Source: a bacterium
GTDB lineage: Bacteria > Patescibacteriota > Patescibacteriia > SG8-24
Direction: 5' to 3'
DNA: 64,000 nt
Assembly (NCBI GenBank): GCA_023246225.1
Contig: JAHFIV010000001.1
Coordinates: 46-64,045, forward strand
In this document: positions 27,260 through 38,099 of the stretch, piece after piece
Numbering within the stretch: the stretch's first letter is position 1
Layout of the letters: every line of letters begins with the position of its first letter
Notes under the pieces: model-generated
What the model saw: only the letters and a program-made list of their open reading frames with translations
Databases searched by the model: none
Told to the model about the DNA's origin: nothing
Made by a program: the position numbers and the translations under genes

Positions 27260-27622
27260 CTACTTCGTGCTGCGTGCCTCGTCGACGCAGCGCTGGTAGT
27301 CGCTCCTCGCCTCGACGCAGTCGGTGGCGAGTCCACCTTCGCAGATCGAGGTTCCTGAGGCGCACGCAGTGACGCGCTTGAGCGTACTCGTGCACGCGTT
27401 CGTGAGCTTCTGGATGCCGAGGCACTCACGCACGCAGTCATCGTTCACGAGCGCGAGCTCGCAGCGTCGACGCGCGATGCAGTACGACACGCACGGATCC
27501 TCCTCGAGCGCCTGACCGGCGAGCGACGGCGAGTTGGAGCACGCAGAGAGTGAAACACCGATGGAGACGACGATGGCGCCAGCGATGCAAAGACCGATAT
27601 GATCGACGAATGACCTTCTCAT
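27260..27622 (-). CDS. Cys-rich putative lipoprotein
   Basis: Lipobox LSAC; CxxxC repeats; GC-rich. Confidence 0.6.
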   Translation of the reverse strand: MRRSFVDHIGLCIAGAIVVSIGVSLSACSNSPSLAGQALEEDPCVSYCIARRRCELALVNDDCVRECLGIQKLTNACTSTLKRVTACASGTSICEGGLATDCVEARSDYQRCVDEARSTK

Positions 27623-27655
27623 TTTTCCTCATTTCTCCAGAACATTCTGGGGTTG

Positions 27656-27816
27656 GGACCTCTGGAAAAGTATATTCCGAAGCTGAAAACGAGGGATTTT
27701 TTCCGATCCGTATCGGGGACACGCCACAAACGATATGGAGTATCGTTGAGGACGCGGCACTGATACGGGCGGAAAAAATAACCGTTTTCTGCCGGAAGAG
27801 ACTTTTTCAGCGGTCC
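27656..27816 (+). repeat. ~160-bp long-hairpin element, copy 1
   Basis: Collinear with 61931-62093, with compensatory changes. Confidence 0.8.
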
Positions 27817-27927
27817 AGATACTTATACCTGATCCATAAGTATTTGCAACACCGCGCCTTATGCGCGCCGTTCTCAATACCAGATAGAAACAACATATGC
27901 TAAAATCTACACTTAGAACCTTCCCCT

Positions 27928-28494
27928 ATGAAAAAAGTCTTTATCGTCCATGGCTTAGGGAGCAGCCCGAACGGCGGTTGGCGTCCTTGGCTTATGGGTG
28001 AACTCAAAAAACATCACGTCTACGCGTGCGCGCTTGCAATGCCCACTCCCGATGAACCGGTTTGTGCTGAGTGGGTCGAGGAGATCGCGAGACATGTAGA
28101 AAAAAATGCGAATGATGAAATTTTTCTTGTCGGGCACAGCCTCGGTGTTTCTGCGATCCTGCGCTATCTAGAAACTGCGCCAGAAAAAATTCGTGTGTCT
28201 GGTGTCGTACTTGTATCTGGACGCTGCACTTCTCATCCGAATAAAAAATTGGCCAATTTTTTTGAACCAGCTTTTCATTTTGCAACGATCGCTTCTCGAG
28301 CGCGTTCGTTTACTATCATTCACGGCGATGACGACCAGGTCGTTTCTTTCGATAACGCCGAAATACTCTCACGGGAGTTGCACGCAGAGCTTATCGTGAT
28401 ACCGAAAGGTGGACATCTGAACGGTGGAAGCGGTTGGCAAACGCTCCCCGCGTGTCTCGATACGCTCATGAAAATGATTGGCTCATCCTCTTAG
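27928..28494 (+). CDS. RBBP9/YdeN-family alpha/beta hydrolase
   Basis: FIVHG, VGHSLG, HGDDDQVV, GGHLN. Confidence 0.9.
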   Translation: MKKVFIVHGLGSSPNGGWRPWLMGELKKHHVYACALAMPTPDEPVCAEWVEEIARHVEKNANDEIFLVGHSLGVSAILRYLETAPEKIRVSGVVLVSGRCTSHPNKKLANFFEPAFHFATIASRARSFTIIHGDDDQVVSFDNAEILSRELHAELIVIPKGGHLNGGSGWQTLPACLDTLMKMIGSSS

Positions 28495-29199
28495 GAGCGT
28501 AATCCCCCACACACTTCCTGCTCCCGATTTTTTTAAAATTCTTGCGCATTCTTGTAATGTTGCTGACGATGTCGCCACGTCATCGATCAGAACGTAACGA
28601 CCGCCCTCGCGCACACGAGAAGTGACGTGAAAAATGCCGACCACGTTCTCGGTTCTTGCGCGACGATCTTGAATCGCCGCTTGCGACTGCCGACCATGAC
28701 TTCGACGTAAGAGATTCATCGCAACCGACGCATGCATCACTTTTCCAAACGACCGCGCAAGCGCTTCTGATTGATTGAACCCGCGCGTGGCACGACGAAA
28801 AAAAGCGAGCGGCACCGGAATAATTTTTGCGTCCTGCGCAACGATACCCATGAGTGCTCGGTGGCGCTCAATAAACAGAGAAAAAATTGTCTGCAATGTT
28901 CGTCCTGCAGCTTCGACCCTTTCGTACTTCCACAGCTGCAATAAACGCCGTAGCGTTCGATCGCTGTACGGTGCAACAGAGAGAAGACCGTCGAGTGGTG
29001 CCGCGCGACACTTGCGCGCATCACACGCAACACCGAGCGGGGTCGCTGTTCCGCAGAGCGCGCAAGCAAAAAGCCCCTTTCGGGGGCTTTTCAATTCTTC
29101 GAAACATTCGCTGCAGAGCACCTCGCCTTCTTTTTCACACGCGACGCAGTGATGAGGAAATAACGCGCGAAAAAAGAGATCGATCACGCCGGGTTTCAC
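28483..29199 (-). CDS. comF: ComF family protein (Zn-ribbon plus PRTase)
   Basis: FPHHCVAC...LCSEC, RGFNQS, LIDDVATSSATL; likely GTG start overlapping the upstream stop. Confidence 0.9.
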   Translation of the reverse strand: MKPGVIDLFFRALFPHHCVACEKEGEVLCSECFEELKSPRKGLFACALCGTATPLGVACDARKCRAAPLDGLLSVAPYSDRTLRRLLQLWKYERVEAAGRTLQTIFSLFIERHRALMGIVAQDAKIIPVPLAFFRRATRGFNQSEALARSFGKVMHASVAMNLLRRSHGRQSQAAIQDRRARTENVVGIFHVTSRVREGGRYVLIDDVATSSATLQECARILKKSGAGSVWGITLLRG

Positions 29200-29807
29200 T
29201 TCCACGTTGCGGAATTCACCTTCCATACTCCATCTTCTTTCACAAAAGCGATATCAACATCCTGATACTTCACCGTACCGTTCGGTGTGTTCCCCACAAA
29301 CTCCTGCCGTTGTGTCTTCACACTGATCTCCGCTCGACCATCCGCATCTGCAAACGCGGTTGTTGTCGTATTGATTGCGCGAGTGGTGATGCCGTAGTGC
29401 TCCTTCGCGGGCGGCTTACCTTGCTCTTTTGCGATGTAGGCGTCGGTGCGGCCGATCATGCCAGAGCTCATAAATACTTTCAAGGCCACCAAATTTGCGA
29501 AGTCGTTGTCAAGATTTGAGTAGCTACCATAACGTTCCGCAAACGCTGCGGCGAGTCGACCGAGGTTTGCTTCAGCGGCGGGTTTTGGAGCCTGAGTCGT
29601 CACGGGATGCGTCACTGGAGCCGGTGCAGTATTCACCGAGGTGGTCGTACCAGTGTTCAACAAAAAAGTATTAGGCGTGCCGCTCGTCGCGTTCACCGCT
29701 TGGTTCGTTGCGGGAGTCGACGTGGTGTGCCGACCCAAAAACAACAACAACAGTAACAAAAGTACGAGGATGATCGCGGCGATAATAATTTTTGTGCGGC
29801 GAGGCAT
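29196..29807 (-). CDS. Bitopic membrane protein (possible VirB8/TcpC-like)
   Basis: N-terminal TM, Thr/Pro linker, FAERYGSYS...WKVNSATW; directly after VirB4. Confidence 0.65.
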   Translation of the reverse strand: MPRRTKIIIAAIILVLLLLLLLFLGRHTTSTPATNQAVNATSGTPNTFLLNTGTTTSVNTAPAPVTHPVTTQAPKPAAEANLGRLAAAFAERYGSYSNLDNDFANLVALKVFMSSGMIGRTDAYIAKEQGKPPAKEHYGITTRAINTTTTAFADADGRAEISVKTQRQEFVGNTPNGTVKYQDVDIAFVKEDGVWKVNSATWK

Positions 29808-29816
29808 GGGAGACAA

Positions 29817-31712
29817 TTATTTTTCCAATGACGCTTCGTACTCCTTCTTCGCAGCTTCGATTTCAAGAAGTTGTTGTGGATTTGTAGTGACTACTTGATC
29901 TTCTGCATATGATGCCACCACCTTGATCGCCGCGTGTTTGTTTCCCGCAAAGAAAATTCCTTCACCGACGCCACACTCAAGTAACAAATACTTTTCACCT
30001 TCTGTGAGCAAAAACGTTTTTGCGATATTATCGATCGCCGCCGGTGATTGCTTGAGCAGTAACTGCATGGCGGAGTTCGTCACAATCGCCTGACCGTACG
30101 TATTGCGAAGGAAGTCGTTCACGTCCTGCGTGATCGTCGTGACACCGAGATAATATTTTCGACAACGCTTCACGAGTGCAAAGATGAACTTCGCAGAGTC
30201 CTCGTTTTGCATCAGCCACCACGCTTCGTCAATAACTAAGATACGTTTCTTTCGTTCAGACCGAACGGTGTTCCAGATGTAGTTCACGATCGCATAAATA
30301 CCGAGAGGGCGTAGCTCATCTTCAAGGTCACGCACAGAAAAAGTAACGAGTGTATTCTTCATCGCGACAGTGGTTGGCGAATTGAACAACCCCGCAAACG
30401 TTCCTTCTGTGAACTTTTTAAGGCGAATAACGAGATCTTTTGTGCCTTCCATACCCTCGAGCACATCCACGAAATCTTGAATGATCGGTGGTTCAACTGT
30501 TGCGAGATCAGAGTCAGGAGTAATATCTTTTTTTGCGTACGTTTCAAGAAGCGCACGATCAAGAATGGAATCCTCTTGCGCTGTGACAGCACCGAGCATG
30601 ATACGCAGCAATCCTTTCACGGTGATCACCGCGCTACGAATAATGTCCTCTGTCGTGACCTGCTCTCCTATCGCTCGTGGCAAATCAAACGGATTAATCT
30701 TCGCTTCTGAAGCGAGCGATACATTGATGTACGTTCCACCAACCGCATCAGAAAGATGTTTGTATTCCATTTCTGGGTCGATCACGATCACTTCGGTGCC
30801 GAGCATGAGCGAGCGAAGAATTTCTAGCTTCACTGTGTAGGATTTTCCTGCGCCCGATGTTGCAAACACGATGTAATTCGCATTTTGCATCGAAAACCTA
30901 TCAAACAAAATCAAACTGTTATTGTGACGATTCACTCCGAACAGCACACCGTTATCTGAAGTGAGATCTGCAGAAATAAAAGGAAACGACGATGCGACCG
31001 GCGAGGAGTTCATGTTGAACGTGATCATTAGCTCGTCATTTCCTTGAGGAACTGTCGAGTTAAAACCTTGCTCAGACTGATAAAATACTCGCTTCGTGTA
31101 AATCAACTTCCCACCGAACAATGATTCGACTTCTTCGGACAGTCGGTCTAGTTCTTTTTTGTCTTTCGCGTACACGGTGACGTACAACGCGAACTGGAAA
31201 AAATGCTCAGTCCCCTGCGAAAGCGAGTCGCGCAATTCTTCGATGTCGCGAAGTGCGGTTTCTCGAATCGGATCGCGCGGCGAGCCCTTCTCGTTATCAG
31301 AAAGAATCTGCGCTTCAAGCGTACCGACTTTTTTCTTGAGTTGTTTCAAAATGACTTCCGGTTTCACTGGATAGAAAAACATCGCAATATCCAGCGGATA
31401 GTTCAAGTTGACGATCGGTGCGAACCAACCGAGTGAGATGTAACGCGGATACGTCACCACAAAAATCGTTCGCACGTAACTTTCGTTCAACACTAAATAG
31501 GTCGGCTCGATTTTAAAACCTGCAGGCGCGACGATATCTTTAATGGAGACAACGCCCTTGCGATAAATCCGTTCCTCTTCGAGCAGTTCTTTTTCTTTTG
31601 CAAGTGTTGCAGTTTCTACGACTCGTTTTTGTGCCGTTCCTGAAAGTTTCCGCGGTGTTTGCGGAACGTTCACTGGTTCGAGTGATCCAATTTTTCCTGG
31701 TTCAAATGCCAT
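29817..31712 (-). CDS. VirB4-like (DUF87/TraC) ATPase
   Basis: ATSGAGKS, VIDPEMEY, INPFDL, VIDEAW, RCRKY...ITQ. Confidence 0.92.
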   Translation of the reverse strand: MAFEPGKIGSLEPVNVPQTPRKLSGTAQKRVVETATLAKEKELLEEERIYRKGVVSIKDIVAPAGFKIEPTYLVLNESYVRTIFVVTYPRYISLGWFAPIVNLNYPLDIAMFFYPVKPEVILKQLKKKVGTLEAQILSDNEKGSPRDPIRETALRDIEELRDSLSQGTEHFFQFALYVTVYAKDKKELDRLSEEVESLFGGKLIYTKRVFYQSEQGFNSTVPQGNDELMITFNMNSSPVASSFPFISADLTSDNGVLFGVNRHNNSLILFDRFSMQNANYIVFATSGAGKSYTVKLEILRSLMLGTEVIVIDPEMEYKHLSDAVGGTYINVSLASEAKINPFDLPRAIGEQVTTEDIIRSAVITVKGLLRIMLGAVTAQEDSILDRALLETYAKKDITPDSDLATVEPPIIQDFVDVLEGMEGTKDLVIRLKKFTEGTFAGLFNSPTTVAMKNTLVTFSVRDLEDELRPLGIYAIVNYIWNTVRSERKKRILVIDEAWWLMQNEDSAKFIFALVKRCRKYYLGVTTITQDVNDFLRNTYGQAIVTNSAMQLLLKQSPAAIDNIAKTFLLTEGEKYLLLECGVGEGIFFAGNKHAAIKVVASYAEDQVVTTNPQQLLEIEAAKKEYEASLEK

Positions 31713-31713
31713 A

Positions 31714-32418
31714 TTATACCGTGGTGATTTCTTCGGTCACCCGAATTTTGGACTGATCGACCATTTTTTCATTGTCGTACAAATCAGGGTTGTACACGCG
31801 ATAGTACAGCTCGATAAGACTTTGCGTATCGAGTTGCACCGCCTTGAGACCCATGCTCCCGAGCGACCCCTGGATGTGGTCGACGCGCGTCTGAAGATCG
31901 TTCTTACGCTGACGAAATCGTGACTCCGCGAGTCGTACAGACAAGGCTGGAGTAAACGCTTCTGACAAGCGAGAAAAAAATCCTTTTGCTTTGTCGGAGA
32001 GTGGGTTGTATGGCACCACCACAAAAAATTGTTTCTGCATGATCTGTCCGAGGGTCACCAGTTCTTGCACGAAACTTCGGTAGTCCGCGATCTGAAATCG
32101 TAACAATTCGTTCGTTTGATTTTTTTGAGATTCCTTTAAGCGCTCGAGATACGTATCGATATTCAATTTTCGTGATTGGATGACGATCTGCAGTGGAAAT
32201 TCGAGTGCATTTAAAAAACCGATGTACGCAGAAATAATCGCGTTCTGCTCATCCTCTGATTTGAGTGCGAAGTTGATGCTCGCAACGAGAAGCACTGCGC
32301 GCATCGTGCCATCTTTCATAATGACGACATCTTCTTTGATTTCGTTGATATCCAAATACCGCTGGGTCGCCGGACCCGGCTTTGCTCCTGCGAGTTTTTT
32401 GGATTGCATTTCTGGCAT
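31714..32418 (-). CDS. VirB4/TraC N-terminal-like accessory protein
   Basis: SINFALKSEDEQ...FLNALEFPLQIVIQSR; between PrgI and VirB4. Confidence 0.75.
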   Translation of the reverse strand: MPEMQSKKLAGAKPGPATQRYLDINEIKEDVVIMKDGTMRAVLLVASINFALKSEDEQNAIISAYIGFLNALEFPLQIVIQSRKLNIDTYLERLKESQKNQTNELLRFQIADYRSFVQELVTLGQIMQKQFFVVVPYNPLSDKAKGFFSRLSEAFTPALSVRLAESRFRQRKNDLQTRVDHIQGSLGSMGLKAVQLDTQSLIELYYRVYNPDLYDNEKMVDQSKIRVTEEITTV

Positions 32419-32429
32419 ACGTTTGAACT

Positions 32430-32477
32430 ATGGATCCCGGATCGGCCGTCGCCGCGCGACGCCCGCCCGGGATGACG
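32430..32477. repeat. Variant REP-like palindrome (GGATCCCGG...CCGGGATGAC)
   Basis: Same terminal motif as the GTCATTCCGG family with a longer loop. Confidence 0.55.
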
Positions 32478-32496
32478 CGCGCAAAGGAAATGCGCG

Positions 32497-32928
32497 TCAA
32501 TCAGCGTCAGGGTTGTACACACCACCAGTGTTCACCACAAGAGAAAGTTCGGTGAGTTTCGTTGCGGCGAGCGGTTCTTTTCTAATACGCACCACTGGCG
32601 GAGCCGGCGGTGGCGCTTTGATGATCTCACGCAACTCACTGTCGGTGTACTCTTTGTCCCACAATCGAAGGCTCGGGCGGCGCACGGTCTGCACCAGATT
32701 CAAACAAAAAAAATGAAACGGCTGACCGTTCACGCGCAAAAAAGCAAAAATTCCACCAATCATAATGGTTGGAATACCTGTTGCGAGAAACGCAGTGAAA
32801 TCGAAAAGTTTATATTCAATGAACATGACAAACGACGTGGCGAGCATCAAAAGAAACTGTCGAACGGTGAGTGGTCCGAGGATTTTATCCTCCACATCGA
32901 TGAACTGCGGGACAGTGAACTTGTTCAT
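32497..32928 (-). CDS. PrgI family protein
   Basis: VPQFIDVEDKILGPLTVRQF; two TM segments; NGQPF. Confidence 0.88.
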   Translation of the reverse strand: MNKFTVPQFIDVEDKILGPLTVRQFLLMLATSFVMFIEYKLFDFTAFLATGIPTIMIGGIFAFLRVNGQPFHFFCLNLVQTVRRPSLRLWDKEYTDSELREIIKAPPPAPPVVRIRKEPLAATKLTELSLVVNTGGVYNPDAD

Positions 32929-32964
32929 ACGCTACATGTAGCATACCACAATCTACACCTCTTT

Positions 32965-35126
32965 TCATCCGAAGCGCACCGTGCGATTAAGCTCCATTAT
33001 CGCTGCGAATTCGTCCTTATTCAGCGCCGGTTCACGCTTTTTTTCGAGCTCGGCGATAACATCGAGAATCGGCTTACCTTCGAGACCACCACGAAGCATG
33101 GAGAGGTAGAGTTTGTTCACCTCGCTGTCCTGCCACGCTTTTATCCCCTGCGTTTTTATTTCGAAACCAAGATCATCGAGCAAATCGATCTTATCTTTAA
33201 TCTTGAGCGTGGCTTCGCGAGGATCTTTAGAGAGTCTACGAAAATCTTTGAGCGTGAGTGCGCGGAGTTCTTCGACTGGACCGGTTAGTCGCGGAGTAAA
33301 TTTTACGTCGGAGATCGTTTGCGCTGGTGGTGTTACTGTTGGCGCGGCTGCCGGTGTCGCGCGGGGCACGGGCGCGCTTGCTACTGGTTTCGGCGCAACA
33401 GGTTGCGGTTCATTTTTTGCGATCGGAGCAACAGGTAAATTCGGTGGTGCTGGTGCTTTTTCTTGCGGGGCAGCGGGTGACGTTACTGCGATAACGCGCG
33501 GTTCTGCAGGCGGCGTTTCTGATAGCGATTTTTGTGGCGTGGTTTGTGCAGCGCCACTTACTTTCGTCACCAATTTTGCAAACGCGCTATCGTTCGCTGC
33601 TTTTTCTTTTTGTTGCTGCTCGTCGGCTTCGTTCATCATCTTCGCTGTACGCACTGCGACATACTCCGCTTTTTCATTTGCGACACGACGCACATCTTTT
33701 GCGTGATACGCCGCATTTTTTTCTTTAAAAACCACCATCGCTTTCTCGGCGTCTGCGTCACTCACCCCCATTCCCCCACTTGCGATCGGCATAGTAAGTT
33801 TCGACGTCGTTTCCAGGACGTCACGGAGATCGCGAAAATACATCGACACAAGCATACGAAAGCGACGCCGCTCATCATCATCTTTCACTACGATTCCAGA
33901 TGCGGCGATCGCTTCGTCTGCGGCGGTATCGTATGGGGTTGCTGATGGGACGATTTTTTTTCTGGATTCCGGCTCGGGGGCAGGAATGACAGAAGATAGA
34001 GGGGTAGGGGTGATTGAAGAAGTGGATGGCGGAATGACAACGGTTTTGGTCCTGGTGCGGGGGCAGGAATAACAGATGGAGGTGTTACGGGTTTTGGTGG
34101 TGGTACGGCTTTTTTTTCTGGATTCCGGCTCGGAGGCCGGAATGACATGTTCCGGGTCAAGCCTGGAATGACAAGAGAAGTGGTAGCCGGAATGACAGAA
34201 GTGACAGACGGAACGACAGGAGCAGGAGAGGCTGGGATGACAGAAGAAAGAGCAGGCAGAGTGACAGGAGATGGGGGCGTTGCTGGTTGCGGTGGTTTTG
34301 GTGGTGGTACAACCACTGGTTTTTTCACTTCTTCTTTTACGATTCTGGATTCCGGCTCGGAGGCCGGAATGACAATAGACGAAGGGGTTGGCGAGGCTGC
34401 GAGGCTTACTTTTCGCCCAAATCGGCCGGCGAGTTCCTTGGTTTTCTGCAGGAACCTCTCTTTTGTTTGGCGCTCTCGCTCTTCTCGCTCCTTTGCATTT
34501 TTTATCGCTTCCTCTTTGAGCGCAGGTAACTTTGGAGCGGCTTCGTGCAGTAACGCGATAACCGCAGCGCTCTGTTCGGGAGAAAATTCAGACCCCCCGG
34601 TTTTCACCGGCTTCTCAAGCATCTCCTTCGTTGCATTTTCATCATGAATACCTTTCAACTGTGCGGTCACGATCGTCTCAAACCGACGACGCAGCACGTG
34701 ATCACTCGGCGCGTATCCGCTTTTCTCCACAATCCCCCGTGCCATCACCTCGATCGGATCGACCGCGGGAGGTAGCGGCGGAAGAAATTCATCAGCGTGC
34801 AGATCTTTGTAAATCTTTTGCTGCTCTTCAAGAAGCTCTGTAGCATCAGCGAGCACATCAGCGAACGCATCACCTTGCACATCGAGCGCTTTTTCAAAAG
34901 GTATCCCTGCGTTGTCCTCAAGCCAGCTCGCAAGATCATCATCAGAAATTTTTCCGAGCGCAATCATGCGCACACCGCTCAAAAATTCGTTTGTCTGTAC
35001 GGGAGTGAGCTCGTGTCGCACCGCGATCTCGTCAAATTTTTTCTGTCGCTCAGACGCAGCGAAAAAGGTCTCCAGCTCCGGGAGTACCCACTCGTCCTCC
35101 TTGAACGTGAAGACCGGTTCGGTCAT
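32965..35126 (-). CDS. Hypothetical protein split into two overlapping frames (33888-35126 and 32965 to >34100); frameshift within a repeat-rich Pro linker
   Basis: The downstream frame stays open upstream of 33888 (...PEPESRKKIVPSATPYDTAADEAIAASGIVVKDDDERRRF) and is -1 relative to the upstream ORF. Confidence 0.65.
33955..34378. repeat. REP-like units inside coding sequence
   Basis: GTCATTCCGGCCTCCGAGCCGGAATCCAG copies translated as VIPASEPESR / SFRPPSRNPE. Confidence 0.85.
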
Positions 35127-35141
35127 AAAATACTACGGACC

Positions 35142-37787
35142 TCATTCTATCGAGTTTTTTATTTCAGCAATTTGTGCTGCCAGCTCTCCAATCTGCTTTT
35201 CCATTGTAGCATCCAGCGCGCTCGAATTCTTCATCGCGGTAATTTTTCTGAGATTATTTTTTAATACTTTGAGTTTTGCTATGGCTTGCTCTGAAAGCGT
35301 GCCGGAAGGACCACTTTCAAGAGTATCGATCGCTGTTAATGTTTTGTTGGCACCCTTACGAGCTGCTGCAAACTTTTCATCGGGCGATAGCGGCGCCATC
35401 GATCTTCCAAATTCATTTTCAGCATTACCAAAGCTGGTCCTTCCGCGTTCGATTGCTTTATTCATCGCATTACGTTCCGCTGGTGAGAGATTGCCTCGCT
35501 GAATAGCTTGTGCTAAACCCTCCGCTGCAGAAGCAAGACGATTCGCTGCGGCGATAGGACTCGTTGCAGACTGTACCGCAGCTAGCTCTTCGGCGATCTT
35601 GCCGGTTCCATCTCCACCCATGTCCGCATATTGTTTTGCAAGATCTGCCGCTTGTTTTTTAACGGTATCAAGATCAACGCCGGCACTAGCGCCACCAGAA
35701 TCTTCCTCATGCGCACGTGCTAATTGCTCCGTGTCCGCAAGAAGTTTTGTGGCGTTGGGATCTTTTGCCAACATTTTTTCATTGCGTTCTTGATCGACCG
35801 TTGCCCGCTCAATAGGGTTGGTCGCCACTCTATTTAACTCATCAATCTTCTTCTCGTTCTCAACACCTCCTGCCTCTTCAAGCATCTTAAGAATTTTTTG
35901 TTGATCCTTATCTGAATATTTCTCAAATTGATTCGCGTCAATATTTTTCAGGTATGTACTCTGAAATTCTCCTTTCCTTTCAAGCGCGGCGAGTTGTTTT
36001 TCTGGTCCAGCCCTCCGGAACCAACTTGCCGCCTTGTCGGCATTTTCAAATGCCGCGTCCTGATTTCCGCCCGCAGCGAGCGCTTTGTCAAATTGCTTCA
36101 CCGTATCTTTATCTTTTTCAGTATAGGCAAGAATTGGCTTGCCCTCCTCATCCTTTTTTACATTTCCGTTTTCATCTTTCACCTCAACCCGAACAATACC
36201 CATAACGTCTTTGAGAAGTTTTGCCTTGCCTTCTGGCCCAAGATTTTTCATTGAATCCGCACCTCGTTCAGCGTTCACAAGCATCGCTGCTTGGCGGTCA
36301 ACTTTTGAAGCTTTCTCGTCGCGTATGGTCTTCTCGTTCTCTTGCGTACTCTTGGTGTTTTCCTTCGCCTTTTCGGCAGCCAACCTATCAACCGCAGCCC
36401 GACGCTTTGCAGGGTCCGAAATATTAGCAATGTCACGCTTCTTTTCACGCGCTTCGGTAAATTTTTTGTCCATTCCTATAAATCTTCCAAACCCGGATTC
36501 CGTGAGCTTTTGTTTGTAGCCACGACCCATCGAAGCGAGACTTTGACGTTCGCCTGTCACTGGATCTTTTGCGCTAAGTATTCCCGCATTCGCTGCAGCA
36601 CCGCCCGCGAACTTCCCGAGACTCACTGCTCCTCTTTTGAGTTTCTGTGCGACTTTCTGTGCCATGCCTCCGCTTTCCGCGGCCATTTGCGATGACATTT
36701 TATATCCTGCCGCGAGCAAGACGATCATCACAATGAAACTTTTCACTTGATTGAAATCGCCAAATTGCGTGACGCCTGCGCTGAATGTTTCTGCCGCGCT
36801 TTGCGATGAGGTGAACCCGCTATCTAACTGATTTCCTGAAGCGACAAGGAGCGCGAGCCAAAGCACAAACGCCATGATCGGACCGAAGACGACTTGCCCG
36901 GTAAATTTTTTCCACCACTCTGCGTAGTATCCTGACGCAGCTTTTGTCGGCACCGCGCGAAGAAAAAACGCGAGTGGTGAGAGCACGATCAGCAGCCACA
37001 GAGTGACGATGCGTGCGATCAGTGAAAGCGACAGGACGATCAAAATTCCGCACGATACCGCAAGCGCGATCACTGCGAGTACGGAGGATATAACGATGCC
37101 GAGTGAAAACTTGAGGGGGTCAGATTCACCTATCGCTTTAAGCGTATCTTTGAGTGCAGATGCTGACGGCGAAAGAAGTTGAGTAAGATGCAAACCGTTC
37201 GCAAAGTTTCCACCTGCCGCTTCTTTGAAACCGTAGACGAACGTGAGCATCACCACCTGACCGAAGTCGATCAGCACTCCGCAGATCGTTCTCGTGAAGT
37301 TCACGAGCACCGCCATGATCAGCAGGCTCGAAAGGTTTTTATTTTTATAGCTGTACTGATCGACGCCGAGCATCGTGCCGAATGCGATGAGTAGCAGCAC
37401 CAAAATAAAAAACATGTTGGTGACATCGCGCACGATCGTCCAACCGTTCGTGACCACGGCTGCGTTCACGAAGTCGTTATACTGCGCAACGCTCACGAGA
37501 ATGCTCACGAGTCCGAGCATTAGTTGCCCAAGTACCATCACGATCACTTGGAGGATGTTCGCTATCAGGAGGAGGACGAAGCTGCCCATGAAGTTTCCTC
37601 CTGCAGCTGCTGCTCCGGACTTTACAGCGGCGTAGCCCGCCGCAGCAACAACAACCGGACCAAGAGCCTGTACCGGCCGTGCAGCAATAAACAAGAAAAC
37701 AAAAGAAAAACACGCGCACACGACATGCCGTCTGTTATCGCTTATCCAGCGAAAAAATTTTGCGGACTTTTCCCTCAAAAAAGGCAT
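35142..37787 (-). CDS. Polytopic membrane protein, VirB6/TrbL-like, with a long coiled C-terminus
   Basis: GWTIVRDVTNMFFILVLLLIAFGT, LIARIVTLWLLIVLSPLAF, WWKKF. Confidence 0.75.
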   Translation of the reverse strand: MPFLREKSAKFFRWISDNRRHVVCACFSFVFLFIAARPVQALGPVVVAAAGYAAVKSGAAAAGGNFMGSFVLLLIANILQVIVMVLGQLMLGLVSILVSVAQYNDFVNAAVVTNGWTIVRDVTNMFFILVLLLIAFGTMLGVDQYSYKNKNLSSLLIMAVLVNFTRTICGVLIDFGQVVMLTFVYGFKEAAGGNFANGLHLTQLLSPSASALKDTLKAIGESDPLKFSLGIVISSVLAVIALAVSCGILIVLSLSLIARIVTLWLLIVLSPLAFFLRAVPTKAASGYYAEWWKKFTGQVVFGPIMAFVLWLALLVASGNQLDSGFTSSQSAAETFSAGVTQFGDFNQVKSFIVMIVLLAAGYKMSSQMAAESGGMAQKVAQKLKRGAVSLGKFAGGAAANAGILSAKDPVTGERQSLASMGRGYKQKLTESGFGRFIGMDKKFTEAREKKRDIANISDPAKRRAAVDRLAAEKAKENTKSTQENEKTIRDEKASKVDRQAAMLVNAERGADSMKNLGPEGKAKLLKDVMGIVRVEVKDENGNVKKDEEGKPILAYTEKDKDTVKQFDKALAAGGNQDAAFENADKAASWFRRAGPEKQLAALERKGEFQSTYLKNIDANQFEKYSDKDQQKILKMLEEAGGVENEKKIDELNRVATNPIERATVDQERNEKMLAKDPNATKLLADTEQLARAHEEDSGGASAGVDLDTVKKQAADLAKQYADMGGDGTGKIAEELAAVQSATSPIAAANRLASAAEGLAQAIQRGNLSPAERNAMNKAIERGRTSFGNAENEFGRSMAPLSPDEKFAAARKGANKTLTAIDTLESGPSGTLSEQAIAKLKVLKNNLRKITAMKNSSALDATMEKQIGELAAQIAEIKNSIE

Positions 37788-37867
37788 TGCAATGGGGGGA
37801 CGACTATACGCTTATAGTAGCACAAATCTCGACGGGGATGAATATGCTGTCTTCTCGGCCCTCTCCT

Positions 37868-38087
37868 CTGTCATTCCGGCCTCCGAGCCGGAATCCAGAA
37901 AAATTAAAAAGACCAAACGGAAATCGTTTGGCTTTACGGTTCTGGATTCCGGGTCACGGCCCGGAATGACAATAAAGGAGGCCGGAATGAAAGAGGGGTG
38001 GCTGGGTTCCACTCAACAAAAAGACCAAACGATTTCCGTTTGGTCTTTTTTACGTTTCTGGATTCCGGGTCAAGCCCGGAATGACAA
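37868..38087. repeat. REP-like composite cluster
   Basis: Inverted GTCATTCCGG units flanking a CCAAAC-N7-GTTTGG hairpin. Confidence 0.9.
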
Positions 38088-38099
38088 AGCGAGAAAAAC

